In this document: positions 38,109 through 45,493 of the stretch, in pieces
How positions within the stretch are numbered: the stretch's first letter is position 1
Layout: each line of letters begins with the position of its first letter
Source of the DNA: a virus
Length of the DNA: 64,000 nt
Virus record (IMG/VR): IMGVR_UViG_3300027804_000039
Coordinates: 96,001-160,000 of that record
Strand: one strand, 5' to 3'
The notes under the pieces: model-generated
Databases searched by the model: none
What the model was told of the DNA's origin: nothing
The model's input: the letters and a program-made list of their open reading frames with translations, nothing else
Made by a program: the position numbers and the translations under genes

Positions 38109-38168
38109 CAACTAACCCAAATCCAGTTATAATACACACATCAACAGCAACTTAGGAGCGAAACTAAA

Positions 38169-38636
38169 ATGGCTACACGTTCAACTATTGCCCTGGAATA
38201 CGCAGACGGTACAGTGGACAAGATTTACTGTCACTGGGACGGCTACTTGGATAACAACGGCAAACTCCTGTTTGACAACTATAAGGACCCGTTCAAAGTG
38301 CAACGCCTTATGGACTTGGGTGACGTAAGCTCACTGGGCCCTAACATTGGCGACAAGCACGACTTCGACTGCCCTTTCCCTTACGGTACTCCTGAGTATG
38401 TTAAGTGGACTGACGACAAGCGCGAAGTGACTACGTTCTACGGACGCGACCGTGGCGAAACTGGTACGGGTGCCCAGCGTTATAAGGACTATGCGGACTA
38501 TCGTGCCAACGCACAGTTTGAGGAATACAACTACATCCTCCGCAAAGACGGCAACTGGTATGTGGAGTTTTACGGTGACTTTGACGGCTTGCTGTCTGAG
38601 GCATTTGAATTTCAGCGAGCACAGGAGGAAGCATGA
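38169..38636 (+). CDS. hypothetical early protein
   Basis: MATRSTI...YCHWDGY; own promoter and RBS. Confidence 0.8.
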   Translation: MATRSTIALEYADGTVDKIYCHWDGYLDNNGKLLFDNYKDPFKVQRLMDLGDVSSLGPNIGDKHDFDCPFPYGTPEYVKWTDDKREVTTFYGRDRGETGTGAQRYKDYADYRANAQFEEYNYILRKDGNWYVEFYGDFDGLLSEAFEFQRAQEEA

Positions 38637-38821
38637 CAGGCTTTCAAAGCAAAAGGGCTTCGGCCCTTGACAAGCTCAACACAGAATGGATTGACTTGCG
38701 TGAACGAGTGCTAGAACAAATCGTCAAAGATGTTAACGACGGCGACTTGACTGCCATCGAAGAACTGTTGGTCTACTGCGACGAAGAAGCTATGAAACAA
38801 TTTCTACCGGAGGAAGCATGA
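38633..38821 (+). CDS. small acidic protein
   Basis: ATGA coupling. Confidence 0.7.
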   Translation: MTGFQSKRASALDKLNTEWIDLRERVLEQIVKDVNDGDLTAIEELLVYCDEEAMKQFLPEEA

Positions 38822-38997
38822 GTAAACTAGCAGAGCTGGCCTACGACATTGAGCAACTGTACATTGAAGGCCTGCACCCTACGAAGATTGCTCGCGAACT
38901 GAACTGTCCTTTGAGTATAGTATACGATTGGCTTGAAGCGCAGAGCCTAGACGAAGGTACAGAAGAAGCCAGCCCGTTCAACACTATTAACAGCTAG
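38818..38997 (+). CDS. 59 aa helix-turn-helix-like protein
   Basis: Hand-translated, not in ORF track: GLHPTKIARELNCPLSIVYDWL. Confidence 0.7.
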   Translation: MSKLAELAYDIEQLYIEGLHPTKIARELNCPLSIVYDWLEAQSLDEGTEEASPFNTINS

Positions 38998-39048
38998 TTC
39001 GCTCCTAGCAACCCTGAGGGGGCCCAGGGCATTGGCCCCCATTCTTTT
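38993..39048 (+). terminator. anti-RBS hairpin followed by switchable terminator
   Basis: GCTAG-TTCGCTC-CTAGC, then GGGGGCC/GGCCCCC plus ATTCTTTT, with competing CCCTG/CAGGG stem. Confidence 0.65.
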
Positions 39049-39102
39049 GGTTGACAACAACTTCTTTTGGTGCTATAATATACACATACTAAGGAGAGCG
39101 AC

Positions 39103-39336
39103 ATGGCAACTATCCAGATTGACGGACTAAACAAGACCCAGCGAGCCCTAGCAGACATCATGTGGGGCATGGACAGCAAGGATCAGGTAACTGCATTCAT
39201 CAGCAGCCTACGTGGACAGCAACAGCGTGATGCCCAAACCGTCCTGGAATTGATGCTGTTGGCCATTTGGGACGAGTGCGAAGATACCCTGGAAGCCAGC
39301 CAGGTTATTGGTCAGTTCCGGTTGACTGGTATCTAA
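39103..39336 (+). CDS. hypothetical early protein
   Basis: Own promoter; AAGGAGAGCGAC RBS variant. Confidence 0.8.
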   Translation: MATIQIDGLNKTQRALADIMWGMDSKDQVTAFISSLRGQQQRDAQTVLELMLLAIWDECEDTLEASQVIGQFRLTGI

Positions 39337-39379
39337 TTTGGTGCTATACTATAGGCTAAGTTAAACAAAAGGAGCGACA
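39337..39379 (+). repeat. 43-nt promoter-leader repeat, copy 1
   Basis: Identical to 41647-41689. Confidence 0.9.
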
Positions 39380-39380
39380 G

Positions 39381-39644
39381 ATGAACATTGCAACTATTGA
39401 GCAGTATGTGGATGGTAAAAACAAGTGGGGCGCCCTGTTTGGCAACAAACCTCTGAGCCTGCTGGATGCAGCAGACCGCCAGAAGATTGCAGACAGCATT
39501 GACGCAGACCTCAGCCCTGAGAACTTGACCTGCGATGGCGAACTGCCTCGCTCACAAGTTCAGCAACGCTACCAGTTCCTGACTCGTTGTGCCCAGGAGT
39601 TGAAGAGCATTGATCCTAATGTAACCTTTTACGAATATGGCTGA
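39381..39644 (+). CDS. hypothetical early protein
   Basis: Own promoter and RBS. Confidence 0.8.
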   Translation: MNIATIEQYVDGKNKWGALFGNKPLSLLDAADRQKIADSIDADLSPENLTCDGELPRSQVQQRYQFLTRCAQELKSIDPNVTFYEYG

Positions 39645-39729
39645 ACTTATCACTTACATCCTGCTCCGCATCATCCAGGTAGGTATCTTGGTGTTTGCGG
39701 TAGCAGTATTCATCAACGGTTTTTTCTAA
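39637..39729 (+). CDS. 30 aa single-TM peptide
   Basis: Hand-translated MAELITYILLRIIQVGILVFAVAVFINGFF. Confidence 0.5.
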   Translation: MAELITYILLRIIQVGILVFAVAVFINGFF

Positions 39730-39738
39730 GGAGCGAAT

Positions 39739-40341
39739 ATGCCTAATTGGTGCAATAACACAGTAGAAGTATATCATCCGGACCCATCCAAGCTCAAGGC
39801 TTTGGTAGAGGCGTTTAACGAAGGTAAGTTCTGTAATCATATCATTCCAGTGCCCAAAGAGCTCACTGAGACTGTAGCAGGACATTGCGGCGAGGGTTAT
39901 GCTCAGGACTTGAATCAGTTCAAGATGGAACTGAACCTAAAATACTTTGGTGCCAAAGACTGGTATGACTTCTGTGTTGCACGATGGGGCACTAAATGGG
40001 ATGTAGGCGGCGACAATGCCTACAGCGATCCTGTAGAGCTCAAAGAAGGCCAGAATGATGTGACCTTGGGCTTTGATAGTGCATGGAGCCCTCCTGTTGG
40101 TGTATATGAGGCTATGGTTGAGCAAGGCTTCAGCGTTCGTGCATACTACTATGAGCCTGGCATGGCATTTGCTGGTGTATGGTGGGACGGTGATGATAAT
40201 TACTTTGAATACGGTGGCTTGACCAGCGAGCAGATCAAAGAGGAACTGCCCAGCGATTTGGACGAGTGCTTTGGCATCAGTGAGTCAGTCGCAGAATGGG
40301 AAGCAGAAAACGAAGAAGAGGAAGAACATGACAGCAAGTAA
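39739..40341 (+). CDS. DUF1281/YubB-like ferredoxin-fold protein
   Basis: MPNWCNN, WYDF...WGTKW, FDSAWSPP, YEPGMAFAG. Confidence 0.75.
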   Translation: MPNWCNNTVEVYHPDPSKLKALVEAFNEGKFCNHIIPVPKELTETVAGHCGEGYAQDLNQFKMELNLKYFGAKDWYDFCVARWGTKWDVGGDNAYSDPVELKEGQNDVTLGFDSAWSPPVGVYEAMVEQGFSVRAYYYEPGMAFAGVWWDGDDNYFEYGGLTSEQIKEELPSDLDECFGISESVAEWEAENEEEEEHDSK

Positions 40342-40391
40342 AGAAGCAATGGATCAACTAGACGCTATCATAGCTCGATGGATTAAGGATC

Positions 40392-40667
40392 GTGAGTAAG
40401 CTCGAATTCTACTGTAGACCATTGGTTGCCTTTGATCCTAACAACAAGGATCATAGGCGCTGGTACTACCAATTCATTGAATATGGCGGCTGGGGCAAGT
40501 GCCCGGTTAGGTTCATTTGCCCTGAGGATTCGGGCTCAGACTTGACCATTATGATCCGCAACCAATTGATTGATTTCTATGTCCGAAAGGAGTTCGAACG
40601 AGCAAACAAGAAAACGGTTGTCCAAAATGTAAAGAAAACGGTTGACAAGCAACCAAAAAAGCGTTAA
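40392..40667 (+). CDS. hypothetical early protein
   Basis: 91 aa ORF. Confidence 0.7.
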   Translation: MSKLEFYCRPLVAFDPNNKDHRRWYYQFIEYGGWGKCPVRFICPEDSGSDLTIMIRNQLIDFYVRKEFERANKKTVVQNVKKTVDKQPKKR

Positions 40668-40727
40668 AATACGAACATGCTAAGGAAACTGGCATATAAC
40701 TTAAACCACAGAAAGAGAGATACACAC

Positions 40728-41096
40728 ATGGCTACAGATAAACTTTTTACCGTTTGCGGCGTTTCAAAACATCCCGACCTGGGCTATAAGGTTCGATTTG
40801 CTACCGACATCATGCGAATCAAGAACCTCGCCAAGTCAGGTCATGAGGACATTCGTCTTGCTGAGCTGGACACTGCTGTCACCAAGTATGAAGCAGTTAC
40901 ACAGATCAAGGGCATGGACGAGTTTCAAGATGCCGCAGCACAGTCTGCAATCGCTGAGTACCTTGAGGACAATGCTCCTAAGGCACCTAAGGCTAAGGCA
41001 GCTCCTAAAGCTAAGACCGTCCCTGCTGCTAAGGCTCCTAAGGCCAAGGCTGCTGCTAAGACTGTTGACGCAGACCTCGAAGACGCTCCATTCTAA
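40728..41096 (+). CDS. protein with Lys/Ala/Pro-rich (H1-like) tail
   Basis: APKAPKAKAAPKAK...; likely start MATDK. Confidence 0.7.
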   Translation: MATDKLFTVCGVSKHPDLGYKVRFATDIMRIKNLAKSGHEDIRLAELDTAVTKYEAVTQIKGMDEFQDAAAQSAIAEYLEDNAPKAPKAKAAPKAKTVPAAKAPKAKAAAKTVDADLEDAPF

Positions 41097-41099
41097 GCA

Positions 41100-41303
41100 A
41101 TGCGGTACGGGTGCTCTCTAAGTGACGATTACACACCTAACCGTGTGGTCATCCGTGACTTTGAGAGTTCACCCAAAGGCCGCGTTCTATGCGTCATTGC
41201 TAGGGACAACCTGCACGAAGCGAACCAAATAGCACAGAATCTTTGTGACCTTTTAAACCATCAATACCAAAATGAGCTGGACTCAATACGAAGTATGGGC
41301 TGA
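41100..41303 (+). CDS. hypothetical protein
   Basis: 67 aa ORF. Confidence 0.6.
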   Translation: MRYGCSLSDDYTPNRVVIRDFESSPKGRVLCVIARDNLHEANQIAQNLCDLLNHQYQNELDSIRSMG

Positions 41304-41460
41304 ACTAGACGGCCATCAGGAACTTCTTGAAACTACACACAGTAAGAAAGAAGCTATTCAGATAGCAGAGAAACACTTTAATGACGGGTGCGACTTTGTT
41401 GAAGTATTTGAAGAAACCGCAGATGGCGACTACTCATCCATCAAACAGCTAAGTAGATAA
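41272..41460 (+). CDS. small acidic protein
   Basis: 62 aa ORF. Confidence 0.65.
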   Translation: MSWTQYEVWAELDGHQELLETTHSKKEAIQIAEKHFNDGCDFVEVFEETADGDYSSIKQLSR

Positions 41461-41466
41461 CACTTA

Positions 41467-41544
<78 letters not shown>

Positions 41545-41547
41545 ATT

Positions 41548-41624
41548 CTGCCCGTAGCTCAACTGGATAGAGCAACAGCCTTCTAAGCTGTAGGTCGGGG
41601 GTTCGAGTCCCTCCGGGCAGGCCA
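41548..41624 (+). tRNA. tRNA-Arg(TCT)
   Basis: Acceptor CTGCCCG/CGGGCAG, arm ACAGC-CTTCTAA-GCTGT, GTTCGA, encoded CCA. Confidence 0.93.
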
Positions 41625-41646
41625 CTTTCGGTTGACACACTCCTTG

Positions 41647-41689
41647 TTTGGTGCTATACTATAGGCTAAGTTAAACAAAAGGAGCGACA
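41647..41689 (+). repeat. 43-nt promoter-leader repeat, copy 2
   Basis: Identical to 39337-39379; near copies at 41945 and 37288. Confidence 0.9.
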
Positions 41690-41691
41690 CA

Positions 41692-41919
41692 ATGGCATTC
41701 ACCCTAGAATCTCGAGACAACTACGATACCCGTCACGGCGGCCCTTTTGACCGTGGATCAGCTGACAGTTACTATGGGCGTGGTCGTAACCCTCACTACT
41801 ATGTTGGTGGCACTGGCACCAGCGAGCGAGTAGAGACCCTAACACCCGCAGAAGTCCAGGCCTACCTAGCAGGCTACCAGTACAACGAGCAGTTTGGCGA
41901 TAAGAAAGACTGGGGCTAA
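41692..41919 (+). CDS. hypothetical early protein
   Basis: HGGPFDRGSADSYYGR; own promoter and RBS. Confidence 0.8.
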   Translation: MAFTLESRDNYDTRHGGPFDRGSADSYYGRGRNPHYYVGGTGTSERVETLTPAEVQAYLAGYQYNEQFGDKKDWG

Positions 41920-41984
41920 ACGGTTGACAACTTCTGCCCAATTTGCTATACTGTAGGCTAAGTTAAACAAAAGGAGCGAACCTT

Positions 41985-42380
41985 ATGATGCTAGTAATCG
42001 ACACGCAGTACATGGAAAACTACGGCGCCCACGATTGGGACGGCAAGGGCGAGTGCCCACAGTACTGGAAAGCCAAGGGCGGCAGTGAGTTCAAGGTTAC
42101 TGGCATTCCCCGCAACGTCGATGTAGACCATGTGCTGTTCATGCTGGGCCAGGAAGTTCAGTGGAGTGACAACGGTTCAACCAGCACCGTTATTGGCACA
42201 CACATCGAGGAGGATGACTACCTCAGCTGGTTTGAGAAGTCACAGATGGAGTACGATGGTCGTGTGGTGTTCGCAGAGCCCAGCATCAGCTATGCAGACC
42301 TTTGCATTGAAGAGCAGGCACGTCAGCAAGAATACGCTGAAATTGCCGCAGACCTTGACGCAATCTACTACGGAGCTTAA
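41985..42380 (+). CDS. hypothetical early protein
   Basis: ENYGAHDWDGKGECPQYWKAKGG; own promoter and RBS. Confidence 0.8.
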   Translation: MMLVIDTQYMENYGAHDWDGKGECPQYWKAKGGSEFKVTGIPRNVDVDHVLFMLGQEVQWSDNGSTSTVIGTHIEEDDYLSWFEKSQMEYDGRVVFAEPSISYADLCIEEQARQQEYAEIAADLDAIYYGA

Positions 42381-42381
42381 T

Positions 42382-42570
42382 ATGAAATCAGCAGGCTTTT
42401 TGTTGGCAGTTGGATTCCTACTTACCTTTGGTGCTGTAGGCGGTATTGAAAACGATGGTCCACTGGTGGACTGTTTGATTGTAGCAGTCCTGGGCCTGGC
42501 CATCATGGGCTGTGGATCTTTGATGTTGCACAAGGCCAAGCGCCCGGTTGACAACCCCACGCTTTGGTAA
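42382..42570 (+). CDS. two-TM membrane protein
   Basis: Likely start MKSAGF. Confidence 0.7.
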   Translation: MKSAGFLLAVGFLLTFGAVGGIENDGPLVDCLIVAVLGLAIMGCGSLMLHKAKRPVDNPTLW

Positions 42571-42608
42571 TATAATACATACTTCAACAACGCAAACAGG
42601 AGCGAAAC

Positions 42609-42959
42609 ATGTCTGCACTCAACTACACCAAAGAGCAAGTCGAGCAAATCGTCAAAGAAGCACAGACTGCTGCATACAAGGCCGCAATGGAGTTCTTCTA
42701 CGATAAGTTGGGCGGCAAGGACCAATATGCTTGTGGCTTTGCTTGGGTTAACATTTACAAAGTCCGAGGCAACACCAAAGTTGGCATGGCTCTGAAAGCT
42801 GCAGGCATTCGTCCCAGCTATCAAGGCGGCCTGCAGATGTGGAACCCAAGTGGCATGGGTGTGCAGAATGTGGACACTCTGGAAGCGGGTGCAGAAGCAG
42901 CAGCGGCAGTGTTTACCAAGTATGGTTTTGAAGCCTACGCAGGTAGCCGACTAGATTGA
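42609..42959 (+). CDS. hypothetical early protein
   Basis: CGFAWV...EAGAEAAAAV; own promoter and RBS. Confidence 0.8.
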   Translation: MSALNYTKEQVEQIVKEAQTAAYKAAMEFFYDKLGGKDQYACGFAWVNIYKVRGNTKVGMALKAAGIRPSYQGGLQMWNPSGMGVQNVDTLEAGAEAAAAVFTKYGFEAYAGSRLD

Positions 42960-43014
42960 CACAAGAGCCGCAAGGCTCTATAATTAATGTTTTAAACACA
43001 CAGGAGCGCAATAA

Positions 43015-43908
43015 ATGGGACGACCCGCTGGTAGCAAGAACAAGGTTATGACTCTGGAAAGCCTTAAGAGCATGGCTGTAGAATCTAAGAGCCTAGAGCA
43101 GGCCAAGATTGAAAAGGACCTCAGCAAAGAGTCTGACGAAAGCATTATGGCACGTTTGGGCCAACGTTTTGAAATCCTTGAAGACATGACTCGCGCTGTA
43201 AAGAAAGGCGACGTTCGTGCAATGATTGTAACTGGTCCTCCAGGCGTTGGCAAGAGCTTTGGTGTTGAAAAGGTTCTGGGCAAGCATGATGTGTTTGCTG
43301 ATGTAGCCAATGACTCAAAGCTGAAAAAGTACGAAGTAGTCAAGGGCGCCATGTCAGCCATTGGCTTGTACAAGAAGCTGTATGAGTTTAGTGATAAGAA
43401 GTGTATCCTAGTGTTTGATGACTGTGACAGTGTGCTATTGGACGACTTGAGCCTTAACATTCTAAAGGCTGCACTAGACTCTAGCAAGAAGCGTACCATT
43501 CACTGGAACACTGACAGCAGACTGTTACGTCAAGAAGGTGTGCCCAATAGCTTTGAGTTCAAGGGCGGTGCTATCTTTATCAGTAACATCAAGTTCGATC
43601 ACGTTAAGAGCAAGAAGCTGCGTGACCATTTAGAAGCATTGGAAAGCCGTTGCCACTACTTGGACTTGACTATTGATACTGTACGTGAGAAGCTGCTGCG
43701 TATACGTCAAGTGGTACGTGACTGTGGCATGCTGGATGACTATGCATTTGATGATAGTACTAAGACAGAAGTAGTAGAGTTTATAGCTGCCAACGCTGCT
43801 CGTATGCGTGAGCTGAGCCTGCGTATGGTGCTAAAGGTAGCGGACCTGCGTAAGAGTATGCCCACTAACTGGCAGGCCGTTGCTGAAGTAACTTGTATGA
43901 GGCACTAA
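43015..43908 (+). CDS. AAA+ family ATPase
   Basis: Walker A GPPGVGKS, Walker B LVFDDCD, ALESR arginine finger. Confidence 0.85.
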   Translation: MGRPAGSKNKVMTLESLKSMAVESKSLEQAKIEKDLSKESDESIMARLGQRFEILEDMTRAVKKGDVRAMIVTGPPGVGKSFGVEKVLGKHDVFADVANDSKLKKYEVVKGAMSAIGLYKKLYEFSDKKCILVFDDCDSVLLDDLSLNILKAALDSSKKRTIHWNTDSRLLRQEGVPNSFEFKGGAIFISNIKFDHVKSKKLRDHLEALESRCHYLDLTIDTVREKLLRIRQVVRDCGMLDDYAFDDSTKTEVVEFIAANAARMRELSLRMVLKVADLRKSMPTNWQAVAEVTCMRH

Positions 43909-43922
43909 GACCTCAGCAAGGT

Positions 43923-44009
43923 GGCCACTGACCCGATTCGCTCCCGGTGATGTGGTCGAGTTGTGCCCCAGGATATCCGATTCGCTCCCGGTGTCCTGGG
44001 GATTTTTTT
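43923..44009 (+). ncRNA. two-hairpin RNA element with ATTCGCTCC loops; second hairpin is a terminator
   Basis: 17-nt direct repeat CCGATTCGCTCCCGGTG (43933, 43977); 13-bp stem plus T7. Confidence 0.7.
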
Positions 44010-44204
44010 GATTGAATGATCGAAAAAAGATTTCGAAATGGTGAGGGGGGTCGGGGTATATATTATATTTTTGTTGTTTTTTACAACAGCGCAAGCCTAA
44101 ATTTTCACCCCATATAGGTGTAAAATCACCACCCTGAGAGGAAATAGTAGCTATTTTAAATTTTTCGCGCACCAATTTTTTTAGGCTACAGGACCCATTC
44201 TGGA

Positions 44205-44858
44205 CTAAACGTCCGCGCCCAGTCTACGCAACATTGTATAAGCATTCTTCTTAAATGCTTCAAATCCTGCGCTATGTGCCACTGGAGCCAGTCCTTGATT
44301 GATGTCTGCAATAGCAAACTTTCCCACTCCAATTTCTCTAACATCATTTAGCTGTGTTCTAATATCGCCTATGGTTGCGTCCAGGCGTTCAGCAGTACGT
44401 TTTAAGTTGGGCATACCATAGTACTTGCTGATACCGTTTTCTGTACCTTTGTTAATCCATCCATCCGGACCAATGCCAAATATAGGATACCACTTGCCAG
44501 CTGCTACACCTTTTTTACCTGCATCTCCAGTACTCAAATAAAATGGTACACGCACACCGTCCACTGGCACTATTACTATAGCTCGCCCGTCATAGTTAAC
44601 CACTGGTACCGCACGTTCCACAAAAGTATTCTTTGACTTGTCCCATATTTTAGTTGCCATGGGCTCTAGCTTGACTCCAGCTTGACTGGCTCTTGATGCT
44701 ATTTGATCAGCTAATATAGCCACCTTTGGTGCTGCAGTTGCTGCTGCATTGCCCATTTTAGGCACAACCTTTGTGGCTGTGTCAGCAGTCTTTTGTGCAA
44801 ATGTCTTCATTAGAGCATTTACCATAGCTGCGTTTTCAATGATTTCTTTGACTTTCAT
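44205..44858 (-). CDS. hypothetical protein, possible head-internal protein
   Basis: Likely start MKVKEIIEN at 44858. Confidence 0.7.
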   Translation of the reverse strand: MKVKEIIENAAMVNALMKTFAQKTADTATKVVPKMGNAAATAAPKVAILADQIASRASQAGVKLEPMATKIWDKSKNTFVERAVPVVNYDGRAIVIVPVDGVRVPFYLSTGDAGKKGVAAGKWYPIFGIGPDGWINKGTENGISKYYGMPNLKRTAERLDATIGDIRTQLNDVREIGVGKFAIADINQGLAPVAHSAGFEAFKKNAYTMLRRLGADV

Positions 44859-44861
44859 GGT

Positions 44862-44871
44862 TAAATATTTA
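44862..44871. promoter_or_regulatory. palindromic bidirectional late-type promoter
   Basis: TAAATATTTA between divergent ATGs at 44858 and 44873. Confidence 0.7.
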
Positions 44872-44872
44872 T

Positions 44873-45115
44873 ATGCAACAATACTATGTACTAACTTTAG
44901 AACCCAGATGTGGCGAAGTGTTTCGCTGGATAGAGTCACATCAACTGGACTACGAAGTACACTTGAATCGTACACGCTTTTGGATACCCAAAGATAGTCT
45001 GTTACAAACAGAGTTTTTACTGCGTTTTAGTGAATGCTGTGGTACTGTGGATGAATCATTAGATACACTTACTGGCATGCCCAAAGTTGGTGTGCTAGAT
45101 TCTAGGCCCAAGTAA
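44873..45115 (+). CDS. Trp-rich paralog family member (distant)
   Basis: RWIESH...RFWI...TEFLLRFS. Confidence 0.65.
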   Translation: MQQYYVLTLEPRCGEVFRWIESHQLDYEVHLNRTRFWIPKDSLLQTEFLLRFSECCGTVDESLDTLTGMPKVGVLDSRPK

Positions 45116-45353
45116 GCAAAAATAGCGTACGGTGTTTTTCCCATTTGAAGGCTACGCAGGCTTCCCATGAGTTATGATCTCTTTGTGTAGCCCATGCCCA
45201 GCGAGTCCAGTGGCCGCCCACATATTGATTTAACCATTGTTCCATGGTGAGATAACCTTGTATCCAATCCATTTGGATCTGTGGTTGAGGCCAGGGTGCA
45301 GTGGCTATGTAGTCAAAGTCATGATACTCTGGCAAATAGTAGCTGGTAGGCAT
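45102..45353 (-). CDS. Trp-rich paralog family member
   Basis: QWLNQYVG...FKWEKHRTLFLLTW; likely start MPTSYY. Confidence 0.7.
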   Translation of the reverse strand: MPTSYYLPEYHDFDYIATAPWPQPQIQMDWIQGYLTMEQWLNQYVGGHWTRWAWATQRDHNSWEACVAFKWEKHRTLFLLTWA

Positions 45354-45405
45354 ACAAATATTTATGGCTGAGCTAACAGAACACACCAACTTGTGCGTAC
45401 CGTTA

Positions 45406-45493
45406 CCGCTTCGCGGCTTGTTAGCTTTTAGCCGGCGCTTCGCGGGTGCGAATTTTTTGCTGAGCTTCGCTGTAAAAAAGCGCGGAGCTTCGC
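45406..45493. repeat. four GCTTCGC mini-palindromes
   Basis: 45408, 45437, 45464, 45487 in a non-coding gap. Confidence 0.75.

Noticed and set aside
38667-38700. TTGACA as an extra early promoter
   Set aside because: No -10 hexamer at a 16-18 nt spacing.
42240-42824. 194 aa minus-strand ORF
   Set aside because: Overlaps three well-supported plus-strand genes that have promoters or RBSs.
42984-43499. 171 aa minus-strand ORF
   Set aside because: Antisense to the AAA ATPase.
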